From: Acidobacteriota bacterium
GTDB lineage: Bacteria; Acidobacteriota; UBA890; WLXD01
DNA length: 64,000 nt
Assembly: GCA_963666055.2 (NCBI GenBank)
Contig: CAXWPH010000015.1
Span: 1,760,001-1,824,000 of the forward strand
Direction: 5' to 3'
In this document: piece after piece, positions 1 to 8,934 of the stretch
Layout of the letters: every line of letters begins with the position of its first letter
Numbering within the stretch: position 1 is the stretch's first letter
The notes under the pieces: generated by a model
Seen by the model: the letters and a program-made list of their open reading frames with translations, nothing else
Told to the model about the DNA's origin: nothing
Databases searched by the model: none
Made by a program: the position numbers and the translations under genes

Positions 1-58
1 GGGCTGCAAGCGGCCACGAACAAGAGATAGTCTTGTTCGCAGCGACTATGGAGGGTTC

Positions 59-3000
59 GTGGTGATCGGCACGCGACTGGCGCACTACGAGGTCGTGCGC
101 AAGCTCGGCAGCGGTGGCATGGGCGAGGTGTTTGCCGCCCGCGATACCAAGCTCAACCGCCAGGTAGCGCTGAAGCTCTTGCCGGAGAGTCTGGCCGACG
201 ACCCGGCGCGTCTGGCGCGCTTCGAGCGCGAGGCCAAGAGCGTTGCCGCGCTGAGCCATCCGAACATCGTCACGATCTACGCGGTCGAAGAGGCTGACGG
301 CATTCGCTTCATGACCATGGAGCTGATCATCGGTCAAACGCTCGACCAGCTCATTCCGCGCGAGGGGATGCCGGTCAAGGAGTTCCTGGAGATCGCCGTG
401 CCGCTGGCCGATGCGGTGGCGGCCGCTCATGAGCGCAACGTCCTGCACCGCGACCTCAAGCCGGCCAACGTCATGGTGGACGATGCCGGGCGCGTCAAAG
501 TGCTCGACTTCGGACTCGCCAAGATCGATGAGCAGCGTAGCGGACCCGACGGCATGACGCAGATGCTGACCGGCGACTTCACCGGCGAGGGAAAGATTCT
601 CGGGACCATCGCTTACATGTCGCCGGAGCAAGCCGAGGGACGCAGTCTCGATCACCGGTCGGACATCTTCTCGCTCGGAATCCTGCTCTACGAGATGATC
701 ACCGGGAAGCGTCCCTTCGACGGCGAGACCAACATTTCGGTACTCTCGTCGATCCTCAAGGATGACCCCGATTCGGTCAGCGATGTGCGCCCGGCGATCC
801 CGGTGTCGATCGCGCGCCTCATCCAGCGAACGCTGGCCAAGCAGCCCGACCAGCGTTACCAGTCGGCATCCGACCTGCGACAGGATCTGATGGAGATCCG
901 CCGCGATCTCGAGACCGGCGAGTTGCTTTCGTCCGGGCTCCATGCCGACGTCAGCAGGGCGTCGGAGCTCGGAGCCTACCTTCGCGGCTCCAGGATCGTC
1001 GTGGTAGAGGCTCCGTCGTGGCTCCGCTACGGTGCCCTCGCGGCCGCTGTCGTGGCCGTCTTGGCGATCGGCTATTTCGGTCTCCGCGGTAGGCTGGGGT
1101 CCGATTCGGGCGTCGGCCGACCAGCAGCATTTCCGGCCTCGTTGGACGCCCGACTCTCGGTTGCGGTGTTCTACTTCGACAACATCAGCGGCGACACCGA
1201 GCTCGAATGGCTACGCAGCGGCCTCACTGAGATGTTGGTTACGGATCTTTCCCAGATTCCCGGCGTCCGTGTGCTGGCCACCGATCGCCTGTACTCGATG
1301 CTGCAAGGCATGGGACATCTGGGCGATTCCACCACCTCCGGCGAAGTGGTCGGCGAGATCGCCCGCCTGGCTGGCATGAACCGAGTAATCGTCGGCAGCT
1401 TCGCCCGCGCCGGCGACGAGATCCGCATCAACGCCCGCATCCAAGACCCGGACTCGAGCGAGGTGTTGTCGTCCGGATCGGTACAGGGGAGCGTCGACGA
1501 GCTATTCGACCTGGTCGACGAGCTGCATGCGTGGATCGAGGCGAGCTTCGACATGAGTCACGCCGACCACGACGCGACGTTGTCGGGCGGCGCTATGGGC
1601 CATCGAGACATCGAGGAGGTCACGACCGACAACATCGAGGCGTTCCGCTTCTACAACGAGGGCATCGAGCTCAACTTGCAGTCCAAGTACCGCGACGCTG
1701 TTCCGCTGCTCGAGAGGGCGGTTGAGCTGGACCCCGACTTCGCCATGGCGCACGCCAAGCTCTCGGTGGCGCACGGCAATCTCGGCGACAAGGAGATGGC
1801 GGCTCGCTACGCCAAGCGAGCCTTCGACATGACCGACCGCTTACCGCCGCGCGAGCGCTACTACATCCGTGGACGCCACTTGGGGATGGATCCGAGCACC
1901 ATCACCGAATCGCTGGCCGAGTACGCCAAGGCCGTCGACTCGTACCCCGACCACCTCGCGGCGCGCACCAACCTTGCCCAGGGCCTCATGGAGCTGGAGC
2001 GGTTCGACGAGGCAATCGAGCACTTCGAGGAGCTGCGGCAAACGCGTGATCCCTTCGCGCCCAACGCCTCCTCGATGGCCTTCGCCTACGCGGCAGGAGG
2101 GAGGAATACCGATGCCGTGACCGTGCTCCGACGGTACGTCGAGGCGAACCCGGACAACGCCGAGGGGTACTTCAACCTCGCCGCCGGGCTGGCGCGCAAC
2201 AGCGCCTACGACAAAGCCCTAGACGAGCTCGCCACCGCGAACCGTCTGGCACCCGAGTACCGCAAGCGCGTACTGCGCTGGGGCATCCTGGTGATGCAAG
2301 AGCGCTGGGACGAGGCCCGCGCCGAGACTCGCACGATGCTCCAGGATCCCAATCCGAAGGCCAAGCTCGAGGGCTACTTGGCACTCTCGACGCAGAACTT
2401 GTATTTCGGCCAGGCAGCCACGGCGAGAACGGCGCTGCAGGAGGCGGAGGCGCTGTTTCCGCCCGGCAGCCTGGAACACCAGCGCGCGCTTGAGGCGCAG
2501 ATCGAGCTGGCGCGTAGCCTGGAGGACGCGGAGCTGACGCTCGAGCTCACCGAAGAGCTGCGTCAGACGGCACCCGAGCCGGCGAACCCACAGCTCGTGG
2601 CGTTGAACGAGATGGTCGGGCGCATGCTGGCCGGCGATGGGGCGAGGGCACGCCAAGCGGCCGGTGCGTTCCGCGAGTCGATCGCCGGAATGCAGCTGAC
2701 CGAGATCCGCCAGCGCCGTGCGGAGGCTCAGATCGACGGGATACTCGCCTGGGCATCAGGCGACCTCGAGGCCGCGGTTCCCTACCTACGGACCACCTTG
2801 GAGCTGCTGCCGACCCGCGACCTGAGCGATGAAGGGTTCGCGCTGAGATTTATCCTCGCCGAGTCGTTGTGGCGCGGCGGCCACAAGGAGGCCGCCGCGC
2901 GTGAGCTCAGGGCCGTGGAGGAAGCGTCGATGCCGCGGGCCAGCAACCCGATCATGTGGCTCCGTGCGCTGAACTATCTGGGCATGTATCACGCAGAACG

Positions 3001-3112
3001 CCAAGAGCGGGCACAGTCGGAGAGCTACTTCCGACATTATCTGCGCTACTGGGGCGACGGTGAGATTGACCGCGACGAGGTTGCGACGGCCCGTGCCCAT
3101 CTATCCCGGTAA
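59..3112 (+). CDS. Hanks-type Ser/Thr protein kinase with TM segment, TolB-N/FlgO-like domain and TPR repeats
   Basis: GSGGMGEV, VALK, HRDLKPAN, DFG and YMSPE kinase motifs. Hydrophobic stretch at ~aa 325-342, then VAVFYFDN..GLTEMLVTDLS and TPR-like helices (LERAVELDPDFAMAH). GGAGG RBS before the GTG. Confidence 0.93.
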   Translation: MVIGTRLAHYEVVRKLGSGGMGEVFAARDTKLNRQVALKLLPESLADDPARLARFEREAKSVAALSHPNIVTIYAVEEADGIRFMTMELIIGQTLDQLIPREGMPVKEFLEIAVPLADAVAAAHERNVLHRDLKPANVMVDDAGRVKVLDFGLAKIDEQRSGPDGMTQMLTGDFTGEGKILGTIAYMSPEQAEGRSLDHRSDIFSLGILLYEMITGKRPFDGETNISVLSSILKDDPDSVSDVRPAIPVSIARLIQRTLAKQPDQRYQSASDLRQDLMEIRRDLETGELLSSGLHADVSRASELGAYLRGSRIVVVEAPSWLRYGALAAAVVAVLAIGYFGLRGRLGSDSGVGRPAAFPASLDARLSVAVFYFDNISGDTELEWLRSGLTEMLVTDLSQIPGVRVLATDRLYSMLQGMGHLGDSTTSGEVVGEIARLAGMNRVIVGSFARAGDEIRINARIQDPDSSEVLSSGSVQGSVDELFDLVDELHAWIEASFDMSHADHDATLSGGAMGHRDIEEVTTDNIEAFRFYNEGIELNLQSKYRDAVPLLERAVELDPDFAMAHAKLSVAHGNLGDKEMAARYAKRAFDMTDRLPPRERYYIRGRHLGMDPSTITESLAEYAKAVDSYPDHLAARTNLAQGLMELERFDEAIEHFEELRQTRDPFAPNASSMAFAYAAGGRNTDAVTVLRRYVEANPDNAEGYFNLAAGLARNSAYDKALDELATANRLAPEYRKRVLRWGILVMQERWDEARAETRTMLQDPNPKAKLEGYLALSTQNLYFGQAATARTALQEAEALFPPGSLEHQRALEAQIELARSLEDAELTLELTEELRQTAPEPANPQLVALNEMVGRMLAGDGARARQAAGAFRESIAGMQLTEIRQRRAEAQIDGILAWASGDLEAAVPYLRTTLELLPTRDLSDEGFALRFILAESLWRGGHKEAAARELRAVEEASMPRASNPIMWLRALNYLGMYHAERQERAQSESYFRHYLRYWGDGEIDRDEVATARAHLSR

Positions 3113-3158
3113 CGCCGCGTAACGGGTTCTGAAGAACTCTGGTGGGAGGATTGCTTCT

Positions 3159-4955
3159 ATGCTTCGAGCTGCCACTTGTCTGCTGATTCTTTTCACCTCG
3201 TTGGCGTGCGCCGCAACGGGCGATGGTCCGGCCACACCGGCAGCCGCCGAGGCTTTCATCGCCGAGTCCGAGGAGCAGTTGGCAGCACTGGGCCGAGCGC
3301 AAGCCAACGCTGACTGGGTGCAGGCGACGTACATCATCTACGACAGCACCAAGGTCGCCGCCGCCGCACAAGAGCGCATCACCGCCGCGGCGGTCGATCT
3401 GGCCAACGCATCGACCCGCTTCGACGGACTCGACCTGGCTTTCGACACCAGGCGCAAGTTGGGAATGCTGAAACGAGCTCTTTCGGTGCCGGCACCGGCT
3501 GACGAACAGTTGATCGCGGAGCTCGCGCAGCTCTCCAACGAGCTGACCGGAACCTACGGCTCGCACGAGTACTGTCGCGACGATGGCGAGTGCCTCCAAG
3601 AGCCGCACATGGTCGACATCATGGCAAACAGCCGCAACCCGGATGAGCTTCTCGAGATTTGGCAAGGCTGGCGCACCATGGGCCCGCCCATGCGCAACGA
3701 CTACATGCGGCTGATGGAGATCGCCAATCAGGGCGCGCGCGAGCTAGGGTTTGCCGATCTCGGAGCATTGTGGCGCTCCAACTACGACATGGAGCCCGAT
3801 GCGTTCGCGGCAGAAGCCGAACGCCTGGTGCGCCAAGTGCAGCCGCTCTACGAGGCGCTCCAATGCCACGTCCGCGCCGGCCTCCACGACTACTATGGGT
3901 CGCGCATCGTTCCCCCGGACGGCCCCATCCCGGCCCACCTCCTGGGCAACATGTGGGCACAGAGCTGGACAAACATCTACGACCTCGTGGCGCCGGAGTC
4001 GTCGGCAGCAGGGTACGACCTCACGGAACGCATCCAGCGCTCGCGGATGAGCGAGCTCGACATGGTCAGCACCGGTGAGGCGTTCTTCACATCGCTGGGC
4101 TTCCAGCAGTTGCCGGAGACGTTCTGGGAACGTTCACTGTTCACCAAGCCGCGAGACCGCCAGGTTGTGTGCCACGCCAGCGCTTGGGACATGGGGGACG
4201 GCGAGGACTACCGCATCAAGATGTGCATCGACAAGACGGCGGACTCGTTCGATACCATTCATCACGAGCTCGGCCACAACTTCTACCAGCGCGCCTACCG
4301 CGACCAGCCAACGTTGTATCAGGGCGGCGCCAACCCGGGCTTTCACGAGGCCATCGGCGACGCCATTGCGCTGTCGATCACCCCCGAGTACCTGCACCGG
4401 ATCGACCTCATCAACGAGGTCCCTGCCGCATCCGGTGACATCGGACTGCTCCTGAACATGGCGCTTGATCGCGTCGCAGCGCTACCGTGGACCTACCTGC
4501 TCGACCAGTGGCGCTGGCAGATCTCCAGCGGTGAGATCGGCGCCGACGAGCTCAACAGCACCTGGTGGGAGCTGCGTGAGCGCTACCAAGGCGTGGCGCC
4601 GCCGATCGAGCGAACCGAGGAGAGCTTCGATCCGGGCGCCAAGTACCACATCCCGGCAATGGTCTCGTATACCCGGTACTTCATCGCCCGGATCCTGCAG
4701 TTCCAGTTCCACCGCGCCATGTGCGACGCGGCCGGATTCGAGGGCCCGCTGCATCGCTGCACGATCTACGGAAGTGAGGAGGCCGGAGCGCGACTCAACG
4801 CCATGCTCGAGCTGGGCGCCAGCCGCCCGTGGCCCGAGGCTCTCGAGGCTCTCACCGGCGAGACCGAGATGGACGCCACCGCAATTCTCGACTACTTCGC
4901 CCCCCTGCAAGCATGGCTCGACGAACAGAACGCCAACCGCCAGTGCGGATGGTAG
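3159..4955 (+). CDS. M2 family metallopeptidase (ACE-like peptidyl-dipeptidase), exported/lipoprotein
   Basis: [34 protein letters not shown] and [10 protein letters not shown] are M2 motifs. N-terminal signal with LAC. GGAGG RBS. Confidence 0.93.
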   Translation: MLRAATCLLILFTSLACAATGDGPATPAAAEAFIAESEEQLAALGRAQANADWVQATYIIYDSTKVAAAAQERITAAAVDLANASTRFDGLDLAFDTRRKLGMLKRALSVPAPADEQLIAELAQLSNELTGTYGSHEYCRDDGECLQEPHMVDIMANSRNPDELLEIWQGWRTMGPPMRNDYMRLMEIANQGARELGFADLGALWRSNYDMEPDAFAAEAERLVRQVQPLYEALQCHVRAGLHDYYGSRIVPPDGPIPAHLLGNMWAQSWTNIYDLVAPESSAAGYDLTERIQRSRMSELDMVSTGEAFFTSLGFQQLPETFWERSLFTKPRDRQVVCHASAWDMGDGEDYRIKMCIDKTADSFDTIHHELGHNFYQRAYRDQPTLYQGGANPGFHEAIGDAIALSITPEYLHRIDLINEVPAASGDIGLLLNMALDRVAALPWTYLLDQWRWQISSGEIGADELNSTWWELRERYQGVAPPIERTEESFDPGAKYHIPAMVSYTRYFIARILQFQFHRAMCDAAGFEGPLHRCTIYGSEEAGARLNAMLELGASRPWPEALEALTGETEMDATAILDYFAPLQAWLDEQNANRQCGW

Positions 4956-4959
4956 GCGC

Positions 4960-5622
4960 TTGCCGCCCGGCGCTCAGGTATCGATCCGTCGTCTCGCGGT
5001 CGCAGGCTGTGCGTTGCTTGTAGTCGCCTCTTCGACGAACCGAGCCGGTGCGTCGGTGCAAGGGTATGGCCCTCTCGACAATCGCGACCCGATCGGCTTC
5101 TACGTTCCAGCGGGTGAGCCGGACACCGGGTTTCGTGCCCGCGATGACGAGCTCGCGGCGTGGGCGCTGCGCGCTTGGGAGCGTGCCGCAAACGGCCAGC
5201 TGGTACTCGAGCCGGCGCCATGGCAGGACGCGCTGCTCCATCTCTATTGGGTGTCGGCCTCCGGAGGCCTATTCGGCGAGATGCGACCGTTCAGTTACCA
5301 AGGTAAGCCCGGGGCTGCGATTTTCGTGCGTCCGGCCACCGACGGGTTGGGGCCGGAAATCGACCGCCGTGCTCGCCGCGATCCGCTATACCGCGACACC
5401 GTGGTGTACTTGACTTGTTTGCATGAGTTCGGGCATGCGCTCGGGCTGCCGCACAGTGGGGAGTTCGAGGATGTCATGTACTCGTTCCGGCTCGGCGGTG
5501 ATATCCCGATGTACTTCCAACACTATCGGGCTCGTCTCGATGAGCGTGCCGACATCGAAGCCACCGACGGATTGTCGGATGCCGACAAGGCGGCGTTGGC
5601 TACTCTCTATGCGGCCCCGTAG
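4960..5622 (+). CDS. Matrixin (M10-like) metzincin metalloprotease
   Basis: HEFGHALGLPHS zinc motif plus a DVMY Met-turn. Hydrophobic signal-like N-terminus. Start uncertain: in-frame TTG 4960; the ORF-track 5' part overlaps the M2 gene. Confidence 0.75.
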   Translation: MPPGAQVSIRRLAVAGCALLVVASSTNRAGASVQGYGPLDNRDPIGFYVPAGEPDTGFRARDDELAAWALRAWERAANGQLVLEPAPWQDALLHLYWVSASGGLFGEMRPFSYQGKPGAAIFVRPATDGLGPEIDRRARRDPLYRDTVVYLTCLHEFGHALGLPHSGEFEDVMYSFRLGGDIPMYFQHYRARLDERADIEATDGLSDADKAALATLYAAP

Positions 5623-5756
5623 CCAGCCGCTGGTGCACTCGTGGCGCCCCATATCGACGGATTGCATGCCAGACGGTGGCACACGGCGCAACGCAGCGGC
5701 CAGCGGGAGGACACGGAGGCGACCCCATTCAACCGGCGCGCAGCGACGAGCGTCCG

Positions 5757-6089
5757 TCAGGCCGGCAGAACGATCGCCCGGCGCTTGGCGTCGGCCCGAC
5801 GCCGGTAGAGGATCACGACGCCGCCGATTGAGCCCACGTGTTCGGCGCCGCTCGCATCCGCCAGCATGGCGGCGATGGCTGGCCGCGAAGAGCGCTCGGC
5901 GTCGAGTCGCACCTTGATGAGCTCGTGATCTTCTAGTGCCGAGTCGAGCTGTGATCGCACCGCCGGCGTGAAGCCCTGCTTGCCAACGTGGACCACTGCG
6001 GCCAAGCCGTGTGCCAGGCCCCGCAGATGACGTCGCTGCTTGCTCGTCAGCGCCGACGGGGACAACCGATCCGTGGGGTTCAAGCGCAC
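5757..6089 (-). CDS. yhbY: CRM-domain RNA-binding protein YhbY
   Basis: LTSKQRRHLRGLAHGL..VHVGKQG..LEDHELIKV..IGGVVILYR matches the YhbY/CRM pattern. Confidence 0.9.
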   Translation of the reverse strand: MRLNPTDRLSPSALTSKQRRHLRGLAHGLAAVVHVGKQGFTPAVRSQLDSALEDHELIKVRLDAERSSRPAIAAMLADASGAEHVGSIGGVVILYRRRADAKRRAIVLPA

Positions 6090-6113
6090 GCTCCTCGAAG
6101 CTCCGACAACAAC

Positions 6114-6175
6114 CTAGTGGCCTGTAACAGATGATCGTTGCGTATCGTGGTGTCGAAATGGGTCCGGATGACTAG
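6114..6175. mobile_element. Truncated end of MITE family A
   Basis: 6114-6170 matches the reverse complement of the right end of 14448-14725 (2 mismatches) and is followed by a second CTAG at 6172-6175. Confidence 0.85.
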
Positions 6176-6327
6176 CAGGGTGCTTGTGGTTATACCGCGC
6201 CACCGCCGCTCGCACAGTTGGCTCACACCCATCGTGCAGACGTGAAACGGGTTGGTGCCGTGCGGCACAGTTATTAGGTATAGCGGGTCCCCTCGCGGCC
6301 GCCCAAGTGGCGGCAGGAGGTGCTGCG

Positions 6328-7581
6328 ATGGCAACGAAGAAGGCTGCCACGGTCAAGACCGACGCTACCCCAAGCTTGCGGCCGGCCACCCACAAGAGCC
6401 CAAAGGCCGCGCCGGGTTCGGGGAGCCGGGGGTCGCCTGACAAGCGACTCAGCTCCCGGTCGTTCCGTCGCATCGCCGGCGAGCGCACCCCGATGCGTCC
6501 TGATTGCCGCCTCGAGAGCAGCGAGCCGCTAGCGCAACATCTGAGCCGTCGCGTCATCGGACAGGGCGACGCCATCGACGCGCTGGTCTGCTCGTGGTCG
6601 AGGGTGCTGTCGGGGCTGCGAGATCCTCGCCGCCCGTTGCTTACCGGCATGCTGCTCGGGCCGACCGGCGTGGGCAAAACCGAGACCGCGCTGGCGCTGG
6701 CCGAGGCACTCTTCGGATCCGCCTCGGCGCTACATCGCATCAACTGCGAGGAGTACGCCCACGGACACGAGGTCGCCAAGCTGCTGGGCTCGCCGCCCGG
6801 CTATGTCGGTGGCGACATCGAGCCACTGCTGAGCCAACAACGCATCGATCTGCCGCACTGGCAGATGCGCCAAGCCGGCGGACAACGAGATGACGAACAG
6901 CCGGCGCTCATCGACCGAGCGCACGATGCCGGCAACGGTCTGTGCTCGATCATCTTGTTCGATGAGATCGAGAAGGCTCATCCAACGCTTTGGAACGCGT
7001 TGCTTGGCATCCTCGAGGAAGGACAGGTAACCCTCGGCAACAACAAGACCACAGACCTGACACGGTCGATCATCTTGATGACATCGAACGTGGGCAGCCG
7101 CGAGATGAGCCAGGCAATGGAGCGTGTCTCGATCGGGTTTCGCGCCGCCGACACAGCGGACGACACCGAGCACACCCTGCGCGACATTGCCAGCAAGGCG
7201 GCGCGCGATGTGTTCCCGATCGAGTTCCTCAACCGTTTCGACGAAGTTCTCGTGTACCGGCCGCTGCGGAGCGATCATCTGGGGCAGATCTTCGACAAGT
7301 TCCTTGCCGATATCAATCAGCGAGCCCTCGAGCAGGCCGGCGTGCCGCTGCTGATCAAGATGAGCCCGGCAGCGCGGGCGTTCGTGATCGACGCGGGCAC
7401 TGACCCAACTCTCGGCGCGAGACCGCTGAGACGCGCCACCGAGCGCTTGATCGTCGACCCGGTGTCGCGACTCCTAGCATCGGCTCAGATCACCGCCGGT
7501 GACGTGGTGGAAGCAGAGCTCGAGGACGGCGCGCTCAGCTTCTACCGGTGGCCACGATCAGCGGATTCCATCGTCGCCTGA
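6328..7581 (+). CDS. Clp/Hsp100-type AAA+ ATPase containing only the NBD2 (D2) module
   Basis: AGGAGG at 6315-6320 before ATG 6328. RVIGQ, Walker A GPTGVGKT, pore loop GSPPGYVG, Walker B ILFDEIEK, MTSNVG, IGF, EFLNRFD and GARPLRR. No N-domain or NBD1. Confidence 0.88.
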   Translation: MATKKAATVKTDATPSLRPATHKSPKAAPGSGSRGSPDKRLSSRSFRRIAGERTPMRPDCRLESSEPLAQHLSRRVIGQGDAIDALVCSWSRVLSGLRDPRRPLLTGMLLGPTGVGKTETALALAEALFGSASALHRINCEEYAHGHEVAKLLGSPPGYVGGDIEPLLSQQRIDLPHWQMRQAGGQRDDEQPALIDRAHDAGNGLCSIILFDEIEKAHPTLWNALLGILEEGQVTLGNNKTTDLTRSIILMTSNVGSREMSQAMERVSIGFRAADTADDTEHTLRDIASKAARDVFPIEFLNRFDEVLVYRPLRSDHLGQIFDKFLADINQRALEQAGVPLLIKMSPAARAFVIDAGTDPTLGARPLRRATERLIVDPVSRLLASAQITAGDVVEAELEDGALSFYRWPRSADSIVA

Positions 7582-7593
7582 AGCCGCCTGGTA

Positions 7594-7618
7594 CCGGCAA
7601 GCCGTGGTGGAAATGTGG
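7594..7618. repeat. Degenerate MITE-B terminal repeat remnant
   Basis: CCGGCAAGCCGTGGTGGAAATGTGG resembles CTAGCAGGCCGTGGTGAAAGTGTGG and lies between convergent stop codons. Confidence 0.6.
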
Positions 7619-7621
7619 CTC

Positions 7622-7975
7622 TCAGTCGGTTCGTAGCGGCATGTGCTGTTGACGCAGGATTGTGTCGAGATCGGCCCACAGCACCCGGCGTCTCTGCAAG
7701 CTTGGAGTCGACTCGATCTGAACCACGAGCCGGCGCGCTCGCCGGTGCCAATCTGCAGCGCGATGTGGACACGCAAAGCGGTCGATCAGCCTCGGCGGTC
7801 CATTTTCAGGTGATGTCGCGATGATCGCCCGAGCCTCGTCACAACGGCTGCCACAGACACGGCAGGGCACTTCGTGGCGGCGGCGTGGGCCGGTCACAAA
7901 GGTGTCGTAATCGATCTCGGCATCGGCACCGAAGAGATGTGCCCGCCAGGTCGAGAGCCAGTTGGAAACGTACAT
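7622..7975 (-). CDS. Hypothetical Cys/His-rich, putative zinc-binding protein
   Basis: AAGGA RBS upstream of ATG 7975. CRVCGSRC and FACPH..WH motifs. Fills the gap with no overlap. Confidence 0.6.
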   Translation of the reverse strand: MYVSNWLSTWRAHLFGADAEIDYDTFVTGPRRRHEVPCRVCGSRCDEARAIIATSPENGPPRLIDRFACPHRAADWHRRARRLVVQIESTPSLQRRRVLWADLDTILRQQHMPLRTD

Positions 7976-8189
7976 CACACACGTCCTTTCGAAGAGATAC
8001 CGCACGTCGGGCGCGGCTGATTTCGCACATGGTTCCGGGCTGTTGCCCAGCCGGCGGTACCACCGTCAGGACGACGGTTGGCGAGCGGGTCTGCGAGCCG
8101 GTCCTCTCACCGCTCTCTTCATGTCGCGGCCCCTGGCCGCGTCGTGCGTGCTTACGATACTTTCCTCCTGGGTGGACACAGTCTCAACC

Positions 8190-8217
8190 AAAAAAGCTCG
8201 CGGCAGATGCCGCGAGC
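8190..8217 (-). terminator. Intrinsic terminator
   Basis: Minus strand reads GCTCGCGGCA-TC-TGCCGCGAGC followed by TTTTTT. Confidence 0.8.
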
Positions 8218-8380
8218 GCGGCAACTTAGATGGTCTCTGCTTGCTGCCCCGCACGGTCCATCAAGTTGCTGCAAATCACCGCATCGGTACACATACATGT
8301 AGCACGGTGGGATGCCGCGTTCAACGGCAACAACGCGGCATCCGGATGCTACCGAGCCGTCAAGGAAACCGGCCCGAGCG

Positions 8381-8413
8381 CTAGCAGGGCGTGGTGGACA
8401 CGTGGCCTGCTAG
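8381..8413. repeat. Collapsed MITE-B (two fused termini)
   Basis: CTAGCAGG-GCGTGGTGGACACGTGG-CCTGCTAG. The right CTAG supplies the DoxX stop codon. Confidence 0.75.
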
Positions 8414-8790
8414 TTGGCGTCGTTCCCCTTGGCGGCGAAGTAGAACGAGGTCGCGAAGATGAGCAGTTGGAACTCGAACCCCATGTTGCCGATCGAGTTG
8501 AAGCCGTTGGCGGCGTGCACCATGCCGATCGCGCCCACCATGACGATACAGAAGATCAGCCCGGCGATGCGCGTCGCCGAATCGGAGCCGACGCCCCCGT
8601 ACAGCATCAGCGCCGCACCGGCGATCTCCGCCACGCCGAGCAACATGACCGCAATCGCCGGCATGCCCATCATCTCGGCCATGGCGCCGGATTCGGTCAA
8701 CTTTGGCAGCGCGTGAAACGCAAAGGTGGCGAAAAGCGACAGGCGTGGAAGCCAGTGCGCGAAACCCGCAAAGCCCTTGAGAAAGTCCAT
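8410..8790 (-). CDS. DoxX family membrane protein
   Basis: RLSL..TFAFHALPK, GVAEIAG, TRIAG, MVGAIGMVH and GFEFQLL. GAGGAGG RBS. Confidence 0.85.
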   Translation of the reverse strand: MDFLKGFAGFAHWLPRLSLFATFAFHALPKLTESGAMAEMMGMPAIAVMLLGVAEIAGAALMLYGGVGSDSATRIAGLIFCIVMVGAIGMVHAANGFNSIGNMGFEFQLLIFATSFYFAAKGNDAN

Positions 8791-8837
8791 TTCTCCTCCT
8801 CGGGTCGTACAAGACTACGGACCATGGTTCGCGGTAT

Positions 8838-8861
8838 CTAGCAGGCCGTAGTGGAAGTGTG
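8838..8861. repeat. MITE-B terminal repeat remnant
   Basis: CTAGCAGGCCGTAGTGGAAGTGTG, 2 mismatches to the MITE-B TIR. Confidence 0.75.
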
Positions 8862-8934
8862 TCAACCGGCGGCCTGTACCGGGGCTCACGCCGCGGCTCG
8901 CGAAATCGCCCGGCAGGCAACGGGCTCGAGAGCC

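Noticed and set aside
17-39. Inverted repeat CGAACAAGA-N5-TCTTGTTCG upstream of the kinase
   Set aside because: Single instance at the window edge. Cannot distinguish an operator from chance.
4465-4959. Extended N-termini in the ORF track (4465, 6184, 11936, 16658, 31364, 36832, 51623, 61729)
   Set aside because: They overlap neighbouring genes, repeats or intergenic DNA. Better starts with RBS or family-typical N-termini lie downstream.
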